Source: an uncultured Eubacteriales bacterium (lineage in GTDB: Bacteria; Acidobacteriota; Aminicenantia; Aminicenantales; UBA4085). From it: 64,000 nucleotides of DNA. The notes under the pieces are model-generated. The model did no database searches, was not told the origin of the DNA, and saw only the letters and a program-made list of their open reading frames with translations. Below, piece by piece: positions 46,004 to 55,823 of this stretch. Both the position numbers and the translations under genes were made by a program. The stretch is from the NCBI GenBank assembly GCA_964556755.1, contig CAZKXI010000005.1:94762-158761 (forward strand). The letters are read 5' to 3'. Each line of letters begins with the position of its first letter. The first letter of the stretch is position 1.

Positions 46004-46564
46004 ATGCCCGAGCTTTCGCCGCTGCAAGGCCTGATGGAGAGCCGCCGCAGCATCCGCCGCTACTTGGACCGGCCGATCGAGAGGGAGAAGATATTGTCGT
46101 GCCTGGAAGCGGCCCGGATCGCCCCTTCCGCCGAGAACGCCCAGACCTGGCGCTTCCTGGTCATCGACGATCCCGGGATCAAAGAGCGCTTCTCTCATGC
46201 CGCCTTCTCGGGCCTCTACCGCATGACCCGCTTCGCCGCGCAAGCCCCCGTCCTGGTCCTGATGATGTCCCGGCTCGATATCCTGGCCAACCGGCTCGGC
46301 CGCGGTGTCCAGGGCATCCCCTACCACCTGCTCGACATGGGCATCGCCGGCGAGCACTTCGTCCTGCGGGCCGAAGAGCTGGGGCTGGGGACCTGCTGGA
46401 TCGGCTGGTTCTCCGTGCGGGCCGCCCGGCGATTCTTCCGCATCCCCCGATCCTACAAGATCCTGTCCCTCATGGCCGTCGGATACCCCGCTTCGCGGCC
46501 GCCCGGCGCCCGCGTCCGCAAGGCCCTCGACGAGATCGCCCGCTTTAACGGCTTCCGGGAATAG
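46004..46564 (+). CDS. Nitroreductase family protein
   Basis: RRSIRRY FMN-binding N-terminal motif and a nitroreductase fold, 186 aa. Confidence 0.78.
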   Translation: MPELSPLQGLMESRRSIRRYLDRPIEREKILSCLEAARIAPSAENAQTWRFLVIDDPGIKERFSHAAFSGLYRMTRFAAQAPVLVLMMSRLDILANRLGRGVQGIPYHLLDMGIAGEHFVLRAEELGLGTCWIGWFSVRAARRFFRIPRSYKILSLMAVGYPASRPPGARVRKALDEIARFNGFRE

Positions 46565-46568
46565 AGCG

Positions 46569-46779
46569 GTTCTCCGCCCAATCCCGGGAAGGGCGTTTCA
46601 GGGCCCAGGCCACGGCTGCTTGGTTGAGCCTGCACCCCGGTTCGGGTCGGGCCGTGGAGTCCTGGCTCGATCATGCTCGCGGCTCTCCATCTCGCGGCGG
46701 CCGACACGGGCTCAACCGGCGCTTTTCCGCCGTTGGCCTGGACCCCGAACCGCTTGCCTTCCCGGAAATCAGGGAAGAA
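46569..46779. mobile_element. MITE-like repeat copy E (short variant, ~211 bp; partly inverted interior)
   Basis: Left TIR GTTCTCCGCCCAATCCCGGGAAGGGCG; right TIR CCCCGAACCGCTTGCCTTCCCGGAAATCAGGGAAGAA. The interior block GGGCTCAACCGGCGCTTTTCCGCCGTTGGCC is the reverse complement of the block in copy C. Confidence 0.65.
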
Positions 46780-46847
46780 AAAAGCCCCCACTTCCGGGCC
46801 GGAGGCGGCGCGGGAATGGGGGCTGAGGGGGCGGCGCCGAGGCGCCG

Positions 46848-47873
46848 TTACTTCTTCTTGTAGTCGGCCGGAACCTGAAGCGACTCGGGCGCGACCGCAG
46901 CCGCCTCGATCGACAGGACCTCCGTCCGGAAGGACAGGGCCGGGGCCTTCTCCTCCTCGGGATTGGGCTTCTTCTTCAGGAGATCCTTGCCCAGCTGGCC
47001 GAGCCGGCCGCGGATGCCGCCGGCCGCCTCCTCCTGGGCCTCGGCCGGCTTGGCCTTGGGGGCGGGGGCGTAGCGGCCGTCGATCAGGACGGGATAGCCC
47101 TTGATCTTGGCCATCTCGCGGGCCATCACCGCGGCATCGGGCTTCATCTTGGAGCCGCCGCTGACGGGATCGAGTCCGGCCAGGATGGCGATCCACTCCG
47201 TGCCGAGCACGTCGCGCTGCATCTTGTCCATGTCCAGGCCCATGGCCTTGAGGTAGGCCCGCCCGAAGGCCATCTCCTCGGCCTGGGCGCTCTTGAGGGC
47301 CGCCGTCTCCGCGGTCGTCCAGACGTCGGACTCGAGGCGGTCGGTGCCCTTGTCGCCGGTCTTGATGTTCTCCCAGTCCACGGTCCAGCGGACCTGGTGC
47401 TCGCGGCAGTCGAAGCCGTTGATGGTCTGGGACTGGCCGGTCGCGGTGACCTTGAGCTCGCTGCGGACGATGCGGATGTCCGACTCGGCCGGGGCTCCCT
47501 CGGCCGGCTTCTGGCCGGCCTCGGACAAGGCGGCGTCGCGCTCTTTGACGAACTCCTCGATCGAGCTGACGGTGTAGGTCTTGCGCTTATGGTCGATCTG
47601 CGTGATGGTCAGGGCGGGCAGATCGACCAGCTCGCCGGTCCTGCCGGAGCGGAAGATGGTCTTGCCGGCCAGGCCGCCCAGCAGGCCCTTGCCCTTGAAC
47701 TCGCTGTCCGTCTCGGTCAGCTTGCGGTCCGAGGTCAGTCTCTCGGTGGTCTGCGTGGTGAACGTGCCCAGGGTCTTGAAGGACAGGCTGGACTTGGAGG
47801 ACTTGACGACCCCGGCGAAGGCCGGAGCCAGCAGGACGAGGGCCGCCAGGGCGGCGATGGCGATGCGCTTCAT
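46848..47873 (-). CDS. Secreted hypothetical protein
   Basis: Signal peptide (MKRIAIAALAALVLLAPAFA), 341 aa. A putative intrinsic terminator lies just downstream on the minus strand (46780-46835). Confidence 0.55.
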   Translation of the reverse strand: MKRIAIAALAALVLLAPAFAGVVKSSKSSLSFKTLGTFTTQTTERLTSDRKLTETDSEFKGKGLLGGLAGKTIFRSGRTGELVDLPALTITQIDHKRKTYTVSSIEEFVKERDAALSEAGQKPAEGAPAESDIRIVRSELKVTATGQSQTINGFDCREHQVRWTVDWENIKTGDKGTDRLESDVWTTAETAALKSAQAEEMAFGRAYLKAMGLDMDKMQRDVLGTEWIAILAGLDPVSGGSKMKPDAAVMAREMAKIKGYPVLIDGRYAPAPKAKPAEAQEEAAGGIRGRLGQLGKDLLKKKPNPEEEKAPALSFRTEVLSIEAAAVAPESLQVPADYKKK

Positions 47874-48154
47874 GTTGTCTACTCCTTTCCTATAGAAACA
47901 GTATGATATAAGATCCTCCCCCCTGTCAACCCCGCGGGGACAGGGGGCCGCCGGCGCGACTCGAATCCGGAAGCCCGAGGGACGCCGGGCCGGGACGGAA
48001 GGGAATAGTGTAGTCGAGTCGGCCGGCCGGCGCAACGATCCGGGCCGCGCGCCGTTTTATGCTAAAATAGCCGTCCTTCGACCACGGAGATCGATCCATT
48101 TTCGAGCCGAGTCCGCAACCCGATCGAGCCGGCCTCCGCCGCCGGGCCGGGCTT

Positions 48155-49018
48155 TTGGCCCTCTCGGCCGTCCTCCATGGCGTGCTGATCTTCGCCGCCT
48201 TCCGGGTCAAGGGGACCTATAAGATCTTCGACTTGAGGGCCTCGGCCCGGGACGCCATCTTGGTCCCCCGTGACGCCGCCCGCTTCCCCGTCGCCGTCCG
48301 GCCGTCGCCCGATGCGGGGAGCCGTGCGGCCGGAGGGGCTCCCCCCGCCGAAAAGACGAATCCGTCGGACGCCTTGCCGGGCCGCCAAGCCTCCGCGGCA
48401 CCCGTGGACGCGGGCGCCGGGCGGCCCGTGACCTCCGGAGACGCCGCCCCGGATTCGGCCGCCGACGGAGCGGCCGGCGGCCGGGGCGTCGCCGGAAGCC
48501 TCGGATTCAAGCTGACCTATTCCGCGGCGGACGCCAAGATCAGCCTGTCCAAGCCGGCTTCCGCGATCGAGGACGTCCTCGTCCCGTCCGGGCTGTACCG
48601 GGACTATTCCGGGCTGAACCTGTCGGTGGATGGCCCCCGGGCCGGCGGCGGGGGAGCGCGCAGCGTCCGTCAAGCCGTACCGCGGGCCAAGGGTTCGGCC
48701 GGCGGGGCCGCGGTGGCCATCAAGCTTCCGAGCCTCGACTTCAAGCCCTGGGCGGGCCAGGTCCTGGAGAAGATCCAGAAGAGCTGGTCCCTGCCGGGCG
48801 GTTCGGGATCCGGATGGAAGGGAGAGGTCGGCATCCGGTTGATGGTGGCCAGGGACGGCCAGGTCCTGGGCGCCGATCTGGACGCGCCCTCCAAGATCGA
48901 CCTCCTCGACCAGGCCGCTCTCAAGGCCGTCGCCGCCGCATCGCCTTTCCCGGCCCTGCCGGACGCCTTCACCCCCACCAGCCTCGAGGTCTACCTTGTC
49001 TTCCGATACGGCGATTAA
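48155..49018 (+). CDS. Energy transducer TonB family protein
   Basis: N-terminal TM helix, a Pro/Ala/Gly-rich linker, and a C-terminal TonB_C-like fold (GEVGIRLMVARDGQV...LDQAALKAVAAASPFPALP). TTG start. Confidence 0.65.
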   Translation: MALSAVLHGVLIFAAFRVKGTYKIFDLRASARDAILVPRDAARFPVAVRPSPDAGSRAAGGAPPAEKTNPSDALPGRQASAAPVDAGAGRPVTSGDAAPDSAADGAAGGRGVAGSLGFKLTYSAADAKISLSKPASAIEDVLVPSGLYRDYSGLNLSVDGPRAGGGGARSVRQAVPRAKGSAGGAAVAIKLPSLDFKPWAGQVLEKIQKSWSLPGGSGSGWKGEVGIRLMVARDGQVLGADLDAPSKIDLLDQAALKAVAAASPFPALPDAFTPTSLEVYLVFRYGD

Positions 49019-50096
49019 GCGGCTCGTCCGGATCGCGGCCGCCCTGGCCCTGCTGGCGCCGGCTCTCGCGGCCCAGTGGAAAGGCGAGGCGGCGCGCCTG
49101 ATCGGGGTCGAGAAGAAGTACGCGGAGGCCTCGCGGATGCTGGAGGCCGGCCTGCCCGGCTATCCGGCCGCGGACAAGGCCGATGCGGCCGCCCTGCTGG
49201 CCTACTGCCACAGCCGGCTCGCGGACGAAGCCGGCGAGACGCGCTGGATGGTCGAGTTCATGGACGCCTACGGCGGCGGCGACTCGGGCTTCGTCTATAT
49301 GGGCCTCCTGCCCCAGGCGGACGTCCTCGGCTTCTTGACCCGCTGGAGGGCGCGCTACCCCCGCATCGTCGGCATCTCCCTCGTCAAGGGAGTCGGCGAG
49401 GACGTCATCATGCCCGAAGGCATCCTGCCGCTGGCCGTCGAGATGGCCGCCCCGGCCTTCTACAAGTTCTCGGGCGGCGGGGAGGCGGACAAGGCCGGGC
49501 AGCTCCTGGCCGGCTTCAACGTCATCGCCCTGGACGCCAACCGGCTGTTCCTGGCTTCCGGCCGCCATACCTACCGCCTGGAAGTCATGTCGGGCCGCCT
49601 CGTCCTCAGCCGGACGATCGACCTGGCCGTCGAGGTCGCCTCCTCGCTGCCCCAGTCCGAGGCGGCGGCACCGGGGCAGTCCGCGCGTCCCCTGGAATAC
49701 TCCTTGACCCTCTACATCGGCGGCGAGCCGGTGATGGAGAGCCGCAAGACGATCCGAACCGTGCCGATGGACCTGGGGATCATGCCGAACCAGAACCCCT
49801 TCGGCTTCAAGCCGGACTACGCCGTCCGCAAGGATGATCCGTCCCGCATCGGCGGCGTCAGCGTGCTGAATGCCATCGGCTACGTCTACGGCCTGCTGAA
49901 GGACCTGTTCGCCAAACGGGGCAAGAAGGGCGTCCCGCCGCCGAAGGTCGAGACGGTCCAGGACCTGAGCCTGACCTTCGCCTCCAAGGACGCCGACGGG
50001 ATCGACTACGAGACAAAGATCGGCCTGAAGCTCTCCTCCCGGGCCCTGCCCTACGCCCTCCGGGCGCCGAATCCCGGCTCCGTCCCGTCGCGCTGA
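48996..50096 (+). CDS. Secreted hypothetical protein
   Basis: Signal peptide (MSSDTAIKRLVRIAAALALLAPALAAQ), 366 aa. Start uncertain (TTG). Confidence 0.5.
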   Translation: MSSDTAIKRLVRIAAALALLAPALAAQWKGEAARLIGVEKKYAEASRMLEAGLPGYPAADKADAAALLAYCHSRLADEAGETRWMVEFMDAYGGGDSGFVYMGLLPQADVLGFLTRWRARYPRIVGISLVKGVGEDVIMPEGILPLAVEMAAPAFYKFSGGGEADKAGQLLAGFNVIALDANRLFLASGRHTYRLEVMSGRLVLSRTIDLAVEVASSLPQSEAAAPGQSARPLEYSLTLYIGGEPVMESRKTIRTVPMDLGIMPNQNPFGFKPDYAVRKDDPSRIGGVSVLNAIGYVYGLLKDLFAKRGKKGVPPPKVETVQDLSLTFASKDADGIDYETKIGLKLSSRALPYALRAPNPGSVPSR

Positions 50097-50140
50097 ACCG
50101 CGGGGCCCGCCCTGCGTACGTCTCAAGGGGCCGCCCGGGC

Positions 50141-50169
50141 TTGTCCGAAAGCCCCCCATCGGCCATAAT
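50141..50169 (+). promoter_or_regulatory. Sigma-70-like promoter TTGTCC-17-CATAAT upstream of the first ABC-2 permease
   Basis: Hexamers with a 17-nt spacer, 28 nt upstream of the ATG at 50197; GGGAGGG RBS. Confidence 0.4.
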
Positions 50170-50196
50170 AGAGAAGCTCGACATGGGAGGGACATC

Positions 50197-51609
50197 ATGC
50201 TGCGAGACATCATCAAGAAGGAGATCGTGGAGACGATCACCAGCCCCAAGTTCGTCTTCACCTTCCTGCTCTGCACCGTCCTGATCCTGTTGTCCGTCTA
50301 CACCGGGATCACCAACTACCAGGCGGAGAAGAAGGAGTACGACGCGGCCGTCGCCCTGAACAAGAAGAACCTGGAGAGCCAGTCCAGCTACCAGAACCTG
50401 GCCGGCCTGGGGACCAAGATCAACCGTCCGCCCCAGGTCCTCAGCACCGTCGCTTCGGGCGTCAGCGAGGCGGTCGGCCGGGTGGCCACGGTCAACGTGG
50501 CCTACGATCCCAGCCTGGTGGACAGCAAGTACGAGAGCAACCCGGTCTTCTCCATCTTCGGGGCCCTGGATCTCTCGTTCATCGTCAAGATCGTCCTCAG
50601 CCTGTTCGCCCTCCTCTTTACCTACGACGCCATCGTCGGCGAGAAGGAGCGGGGGACGCTGAAGCTGACCCTGTCCAACCGGGTGCCGCGCGACCGGCTG
50701 ATCATGGGCAAGGTCATCGGCGGCTACATCAGCCTGCTCATCCCCCTCATCATCCCGCTCATCCTCAGCCTGCTCATCATGCTCGTCTACCCCAACATCT
50801 CCCTGGCCGGGCAGGACTGGGCCCGGCTGCTGTTGATGTTCGCCCTGTTCTTCCTCTACCTCTCGGTCTTCTTCACCCTGGGCATCTTCGTCTCGGCCCG
50901 GACGAGCAAGAGCTCGACCAGCTTCCTGGTCCTGCTCTTCATCTGGGTCGTCTTCGTCACGGTCATCCCCAAGGTTGCCGTCCTGGCCGCCTCCCAGATC
51001 AAGCCCATCCCCTCGGTCCACGAGATCACGGCCAAAAAGGACGCCTTCCTGCAGCAGATCCAGGTCAGCACGCAGAAGGAGGCCATGGACTGGATCAAGG
51101 AGAACCAGCCCAAGACGCCCGGCGAGGACCCCAAGATCTTCCAGGAGAAGATCCGCAAGTACATCGAGAATCTGCAGAGCGAGGCGACCTCCAAGATCGA
51201 CGCCAACAACGCCGCCCTGGAGCGCGACTACCAGATGAGGCGGCGGGCCCAGGAGCGGCTGGCCGTCAACCTGTCGCGCGTCTCGCCCGCCTCGGCCCTG
51301 ATGTTCTCCTCGATGAGCCTGGCCCGGACCGGGCTGGAGGAGAATGACCGCTTCGCGGCCTCGATCCGAGCCTATAAGCCGATCTTCACCCAATGGGTCA
51401 ACCCCAGGATGATGCAGGCCATCGACTTCCAGAACGGCGGGACGACCGGCAAGGTCTCCCTGGCCGACATGCCCCAGCACAGGTTCGAGCCCGAATCTCT
51501 GAGCAGGTCGCTGGCCCGGGCCCTGCCGGACTTCCTGGTCATGGCCGGCTTCATCCTGGTCTTCTTTGTCGGAGCCTACGTCTCCTTCCTCAAGTACGAC
51601 GTCCGCTGA
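50197..51609 (+). CDS. ABC-2-like transporter permease paralog 1 (large periplasmic loop; C-terminal YDVR motif)
   Basis: Conserved N-terminus (M..IIKKEI...SPKF) and C-terminal ...FLKYDVR shared with four paralogs. ~6 TM helices with a ~150-aa soluble loop. Confidence 0.7.
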   Translation: MLRDIIKKEIVETITSPKFVFTFLLCTVLILLSVYTGITNYQAEKKEYDAAVALNKKNLESQSSYQNLAGLGTKINRPPQVLSTVASGVSEAVGRVATVNVAYDPSLVDSKYESNPVFSIFGALDLSFIVKIVLSLFALLFTYDAIVGEKERGTLKLTLSNRVPRDRLIMGKVIGGYISLLIPLIIPLILSLLIMLVYPNISLAGQDWARLLLMFALFFLYLSVFFTLGIFVSARTSKSSTSFLVLLFIWVVFVTVIPKVAVLAASQIKPIPSVHEITAKKDAFLQQIQVSTQKEAMDWIKENQPKTPGEDPKIFQEKIRKYIENLQSEATSKIDANNAALERDYQMRRRAQERLAVNLSRVSPASALMFSSMSLARTGLEENDRFAASIRAYKPIFTQWVNPRMMQAIDFQNGGTTGKVSLADMPQHRFEPESLSRSLARALPDFLVMAGFILVFFVGAYVSFLKYDVR

Positions 51610-51618
51610 GAGGCTGCT

Positions 51619-52335
51619 ATGCTGGAAACCATTCATCTGACCAAGCGCTACGAGGACGGCTTCCTGGCCGTGGACGACCTGAGCCTGAAGGTCGAGCCGG
51701 GCGAGATCTTCTGCATGTTCGGGGCCAACGGGGCCGGCAAGACGACGACCATCAACATGCTTTTGGGCTTCCTAACCCCGAGCTCCGGGATGGCCCTGGT
51801 CGAGGGTCTCGACGTGGCCAAGGAGCCGCTCCGGTCCAAGGACCACCTGTCCTTCGTCTCCGAGAACGTCATGCTCTACGGCAGCTTCACCGCCTTCCAG
51901 AACCTGGACTACTTCTGCAAGCTGGCCGGCAAGCGGAGCCTGACTCGGGCCGACTACGCCCGGGCCCTGGAGAGCGTCGGCCTGCAGAAGGAGGCCTTCG
52001 CCCAGCGGAGCAAGAACTACTCCAAGGGCATGCGCCAGAAGCTGGGCCTGGCCATCGCCCTGCTCAAGGACGCCCCCAATATCCTCCTCGACGAGCCGAC
52101 CTCCGGCCTCGACCCCAAGTCGGGTCAGGAGTTCCTGGAGCTCCTCGTCCGGATGCGCGACCAGGGCAAGTCGATCTTCATGTCCACCCACGACATCTTC
52201 CGGGCCAAGCTGATCGCGGACCGGGTCGGCTTCATGAAGAGAGGCCGGCTGGTCATGCTGAAGACCCGCCGCGAGCTTGAGGGCGAGGATCTGACGGAGC
52301 TCTACATCCAGTACATGGACGAGCGGGAATCCTGA
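51619..52335 (+). CDS. ABC transporter ATP-binding protein
   Basis: Walker A (GANGAGKTTT), signature (YSKGMRQK) and Walker B (ILLDEPTSGLD) motifs. Confidence 0.85.
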   Translation: MLETIHLTKRYEDGFLAVDDLSLKVEPGEIFCMFGANGAGKTTTINMLLGFLTPSSGMALVEGLDVAKEPLRSKDHLSFVSENVMLYGSFTAFQNLDYFCKLAGKRSLTRADYARALESVGLQKEAFAQRSKNYSKGMRQKLGLAIALLKDAPNILLDEPTSGLDPKSGQEFLELLVRMRDQGKSIFMSTHDIFRAKLIADRVGFMKRGRLVMLKTRRELEGEDLTELYIQYMDERES

Positions 52336-52363
52336 TCCCGGCGGGGCGAAGCGCTTCGCGGCC

Positions 52364-53797
52364 TCAGCGAGGGTCGGTGCGCAGGAACGAGGCGTAGGCG
52401 GCGGCGAAGACGGCCAGGGCCAGCCCGGTCAAGACCAGAAACGGGATCCAGACCGCCTGCCAGCGCTCCGCGGCCGTCTGCGGCCTGAAGACGAAGCGGG
52501 GCATGTCGCTGACGTCGACGGGGGTGTTCCAGGCGTCCCGGGTCGGTTCGTCTCTCTGGATCGCCTCGATCTTCTTGCCGGCGTAGTCCCTGTACTGACT
52601 CCACCAGGCCGAGGCCAGCTCCTGGAAGTGAGCTTGGCCCTTCAGCCCCGTGCCCGAGGCGTCGGCGGAGTAGTAGGTGAAGGCGGCCATGGGTGAGACC
52701 GTCGAGAGGGCTACCGCGAGATTGGTCTGGGCTTCTTCCTTGAGCCGAAGGTCGTCCTCCAGGGCGGCGGCCTTGGCGCCCTGGATCCGATTGGCCTCAT
52801 CCCAGCCGGACTGCCCGGCCTTGCGCCACAGACCGTATGCCCGGGCGAAGCCCGCGTCGCGGCCCAGGGCGGCTTCGATCTCGGCCTTGGACATCTTCTC
52901 CAGGCCGGCCAAGACCGGGTTATCCCTCAGGACGACGGCCCTCTTCTCGCCGGCCAGGCGATTCCCCAGCGCGTCCCGGTCCACGTCGGTCAGCCGTCTG
53001 ACCTCGCGGCCGACCTTGATGGCCGAAGGCGCCGGCCGAAGGAGCGATGCGGCGTAGGGGCTGAGATTGGGCAGGACGAGGACGGCCAGAACCCAGACGA
53101 ACAGGGCTGTCATGATGGAGGAGCCGCTGGCCTGGTGTCGGGCCGAGATCCAGAGACCCAGTCCGTAGAAGAGGGTCAGGTAGACGATCGATCCGGCGGC
53201 GATGAGGCCGAGGGCCGTCCAATCCGGCCCGGCCCAGCCGAGCCCCGGGCGGGCCAGAAGGAGAATCAGGCTGAGGACCAGGGAGACAAGAAAGGGGATG
53301 AGCAGGGTCGCCACCCCGCCGGCCATCTTGGCCAGGATGACGGTGGACCGCGGCATGGCGTTGGCCAGGATGAGCTTTAAGGTCCCGTCCTCACGCTCGC
53401 CGCAGACGGCGTCATAGGACAGGATCAGAGCCGCCAGGCTCATCAAGACGGCGACGATGAAAGTCAGATCGAGGAAGGGAAACATGACCGGCAGGGGATC
53501 GTTGTCGAACGATTCCAGCTGGACGTCGTCCGAGAGGCCCCGGACCAGGGCCTGGATCGGGAGCGGCGGCCGGGCCGGCGCGACGACGCCCTGCAGGCGG
53601 TTGAAGTGGGCGTAGCTGGCCAGGTAGCGCTCCACGGCGGCCCTCCGCTCGGAGAACTCGGCCTGGCGTCGGGCCGCGTCGCTGGATAAAACGAGGACGG
53701 CGGCCGGCAGCAGGGCCAGCAGCAGGACAAAGACGGCCTGGAAACGGAACGAAAGGAAGTGGTTGCGGATCTCTTTCCGGACCATCGCTCCAAACAT
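52364..53797 (-). CDS. ABC-2-like transporter permease paralog 2
   Basis: Start MFGAMVRKEIRNHFLSFRF and end ...FLRTDPR match the paralog consensus. Confidence 0.68.
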   Translation of the reverse strand: MFGAMVRKEIRNHFLSFRFQAVFVLLLALLPAAVLVLSSDAARRQAEFSERRAAVERYLASYAHFNRLQGVVAPARPPLPIQALVRGLSDDVQLESFDNDPLPVMFPFLDLTFIVAVLMSLAALILSYDAVCGEREDGTLKLILANAMPRSTVILAKMAGGVATLLIPFLVSLVLSLILLLARPGLGWAGPDWTALGLIAAGSIVYLTLFYGLGLWISARHQASGSSIMTALFVWVLAVLVLPNLSPYAASLLRPAPSAIKVGREVRRLTDVDRDALGNRLAGEKRAVVLRDNPVLAGLEKMSKAEIEAALGRDAGFARAYGLWRKAGQSGWDEANRIQGAKAAALEDDLRLKEEAQTNLAVALSTVSPMAAFTYYSADASGTGLKGQAHFQELASAWWSQYRDYAGKKIEAIQRDEPTRDAWNTPVDVSDMPRFVFRPQTAAERWQAVWIPFLVLTGLALAVFAAAYASFLRTDPR

Positions 53798-53808
53798 GCC
53801 CTCTCTCC

Positions 53809-55041
53809 TCATCGCACGTCCGCCTTGGCCACGGCCGCGTAGGCCGCGGCGAAGAGGAGCACGGTGACGGCCAGCAGCCAGGCCGTATCGACGAGACCCC
53901 CTTCGGCCAGGACTCGGCCCAGGGATCTGTACCGGTAGTCGAAAGCGGGGATGTCGGTCGAACCGGCCTCCAGGAGGGGCAGAACCCGGTTCTTGTAGCC
54001 GATGATCTCCCTCTTCAGCCGGCTCTCCTCGTCGATGCCCGTCCCGGCCGCCTCGGTCGCGGTGGAGGCGAAACCGGCCGCCGGGGAGAGGCGGTTGATC
54101 GTCTTGGCCAGCCGGACCAGGCGGCCGAAGCGGACCCTGTAGTCTTCCTCCATGCGGTCAAGCTCGTCGTTGATCGCCGCCAGGTGCGGAGCCCGCCCCT
54201 CCGGGTCCGTGTAGGAAAGGAGGATCTCGCGCGACCAGACTTGGTCCCGCTTTTCGGCCAGCGCTTTGACCGAGGGCACGTCGACGAGCTGGCGGGCGGC
54301 CAGGGTGCCCAGGTTGGGCAGAACGAAGACGAGCAGGGCCCAGGCCACGAGCAGGATGACGAGAGAGGACGAGGAGCGCCGGGTCAGGGCCGAGACGAAC
54401 AAGCCGAGGCTGAGAAAGAGGGCGATATAAGCCAGGCTGAGGCCGAGCAGAAAGGCCAGCCGAACGGCCTGGCCGCCGCTCAGTCGGAAGGACGGGGACA
54501 GGCCGAGCAAGGCGATCCCGATCATCGTGACCAGGAGGAAAGGGACGGCCAGGCTGGCCAGGCTGCCCAGCCACTTGCCGGCCATCAGCGTCGAGCGGGG
54601 CAGAGCGTTGGCCAGCTGGAGCTTTAGGGTCCCGTTCTCCCGCTCCCGGCTGACGAGATCGAAGCCGAAGAGCAGGGCCACGAGCGAGAGGACGATCTTG
54701 ACCACGTAGACGAAGTCGGGGGCCGGAAAGAAGGCGAAGACGGGATTGCCGCCGCCGCGGCCGGTCCGGGCCTCGATTCCGGTGAGCCCGACCTCGAAGG
54801 ATCGGGTCATGGCCTCGTCCAGGCCCTTGGCGAAGACCGACAGCGGATTGGGCGGCAGGACCGCGATCGGCTGGCCGGGATCGGGCCGGATCAGCTGGTA
54901 GTCGGCCTGCCGGGCCCGGAAGTCGCGGCCCATCACGAAGAGCGAGGTGAAGATCAGGACCGAGGCCAGCAGGATGACGATGAAGAACTTGTAGCTGAGG
55001 AGATTCGCGGCGATCTCTTTCCTGACGATGGTCCCGATCAT
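53809..55041 (-). CDS. ABC-2-like transporter permease paralog 3
   Basis: MIGTIVRKEIAANLLSYKF ... AKADVR. Confidence 0.7.
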   Translation of the reverse strand: MIGTIVRKEIAANLLSYKFFIVILLASVLIFTSLFVMGRDFRARQADYQLIRPDPGQPIAVLPPNPLSVFAKGLDEAMTRSFEVGLTGIEARTGRGGGNPVFAFFPAPDFVYVVKIVLSLVALLFGFDLVSRERENGTLKLQLANALPRSTLMAGKWLGSLASLAVPFLLVTMIGIALLGLSPSFRLSGGQAVRLAFLLGLSLAYIALFLSLGLFVSALTRRSSSSLVILLVAWALLVFVLPNLGTLAARQLVDVPSVKALAEKRDQVWSREILLSYTDPEGRAPHLAAINDELDRMEEDYRVRFGRLVRLAKTINRLSPAAGFASTATEAAGTGIDEESRLKREIIGYKNRVLPLLEAGSTDIPAFDYRYRSLGRVLAEGGLVDTAWLLAVTVLLFAAAYAAVAKADVR

Positions 55042-55050
55042 GGCCGCGGC

Positions 55051-55791
55051 TCAGGCCGGCAGGGGCTCGGACTTCATGTAGTCGATATAGATCTTGACCA
55101 GATCTTCGACCTGGAGCTCCTCGCGGGTCCGCTCCATGACCAGCCGGCCCTCCTTCATGATCCCGACCCGGTCGCCGATCTCCTTGGCCCGGAAGATGTC
55201 GTGGGTCGACATGAGGATGGCCTTGCCCTCGGCCTTGAGCTCGCGGAGGATGTCCTGGAACTCCTCGGCCGCCTTGGGATCGAGGCCGGAGGTCGGCTCG
55301 TCGAGCAGGATCGCCGCGGCATCCTTGATGATGGCGATGGCGATGCCCAGCTTCTGGCGCATGCCCTTGGAGAAGGTCTTGACCCGCTGCTCGAAGGCCT
55401 TCTCCTGCAGCGACACCCGGCGCATGACCTGGTAGTACTGCTCCCGGGCCAGGTGGGGCTTGCCGCCCAGCTTGGCGAAGAAGTCCAGGTTCTGGCGGGC
55501 CGTGAAGTTGCCGTAGAGCATGACGTTCTCGGAGACGAAGGCGACGTGCCTCTTGGCCTCCAGCGGGTCGCGGGCCACATCGATGCCGTTGATGAGGCAG
55601 CGTCCGGTCGTCGGCGGGATGAAGCCCAGGAAGAGGTTGATGGTCGTCGTCTTGCCGGCCCCGTTGGCGCCCAGCAGACAATAGACCTCGCCCGCCCGGA
55701 CGGTCAGGTGGAGATGGTCCAGGGCCAGGACGCCGTCCTCGTAGCGCATGGACAGGTCGTCGGCCTTGAGAATGACGGATCGTTCGGTCAT
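55051..55791 (-). CDS. ABC transporter ATP-binding protein (paralog of 51619..52335)
   Basis: ATG at 55791 (MTERSVILKADDLSMRYEDG). Walker A (GANGAGKTTT), signature (FSKGMRQK) and Walker B motifs. The upstream track extension is spurious. Confidence 0.85.
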   Translation of the reverse strand: MTERSVILKADDLSMRYEDGVLALDHLHLTVRAGEVYCLLGANGAGKTTTINLFLGFIPPTTGRCLINGIDVARDPLEAKRHVAFVSENVMLYGNFTARQNLDFFAKLGGKPHLAREQYYQVMRRVSLQEKAFEQRVKTFSKGMRQKLGIAIAIIKDAAAILLDEPTSGLDPKAAEEFQDILRELKAEGKAILMSTHDIFRAKEIGDRVGIMKEGRLVMERTREELQVEDLVKIYIDYMKSEPLPA

Positions 55792-55823
55792 GGGATGCTC
55801 CTCAGGGCGCGCGCCGGGCGGCC

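Noticed and set aside
48155-49018. TonB without adjacent ExbB/ExbD as a sign of a novel system
   Set aside because: Orphan TonB paralogs are common in genomes rich in TonB-dependent receptors. ExbBD are probably encoded elsewhere.
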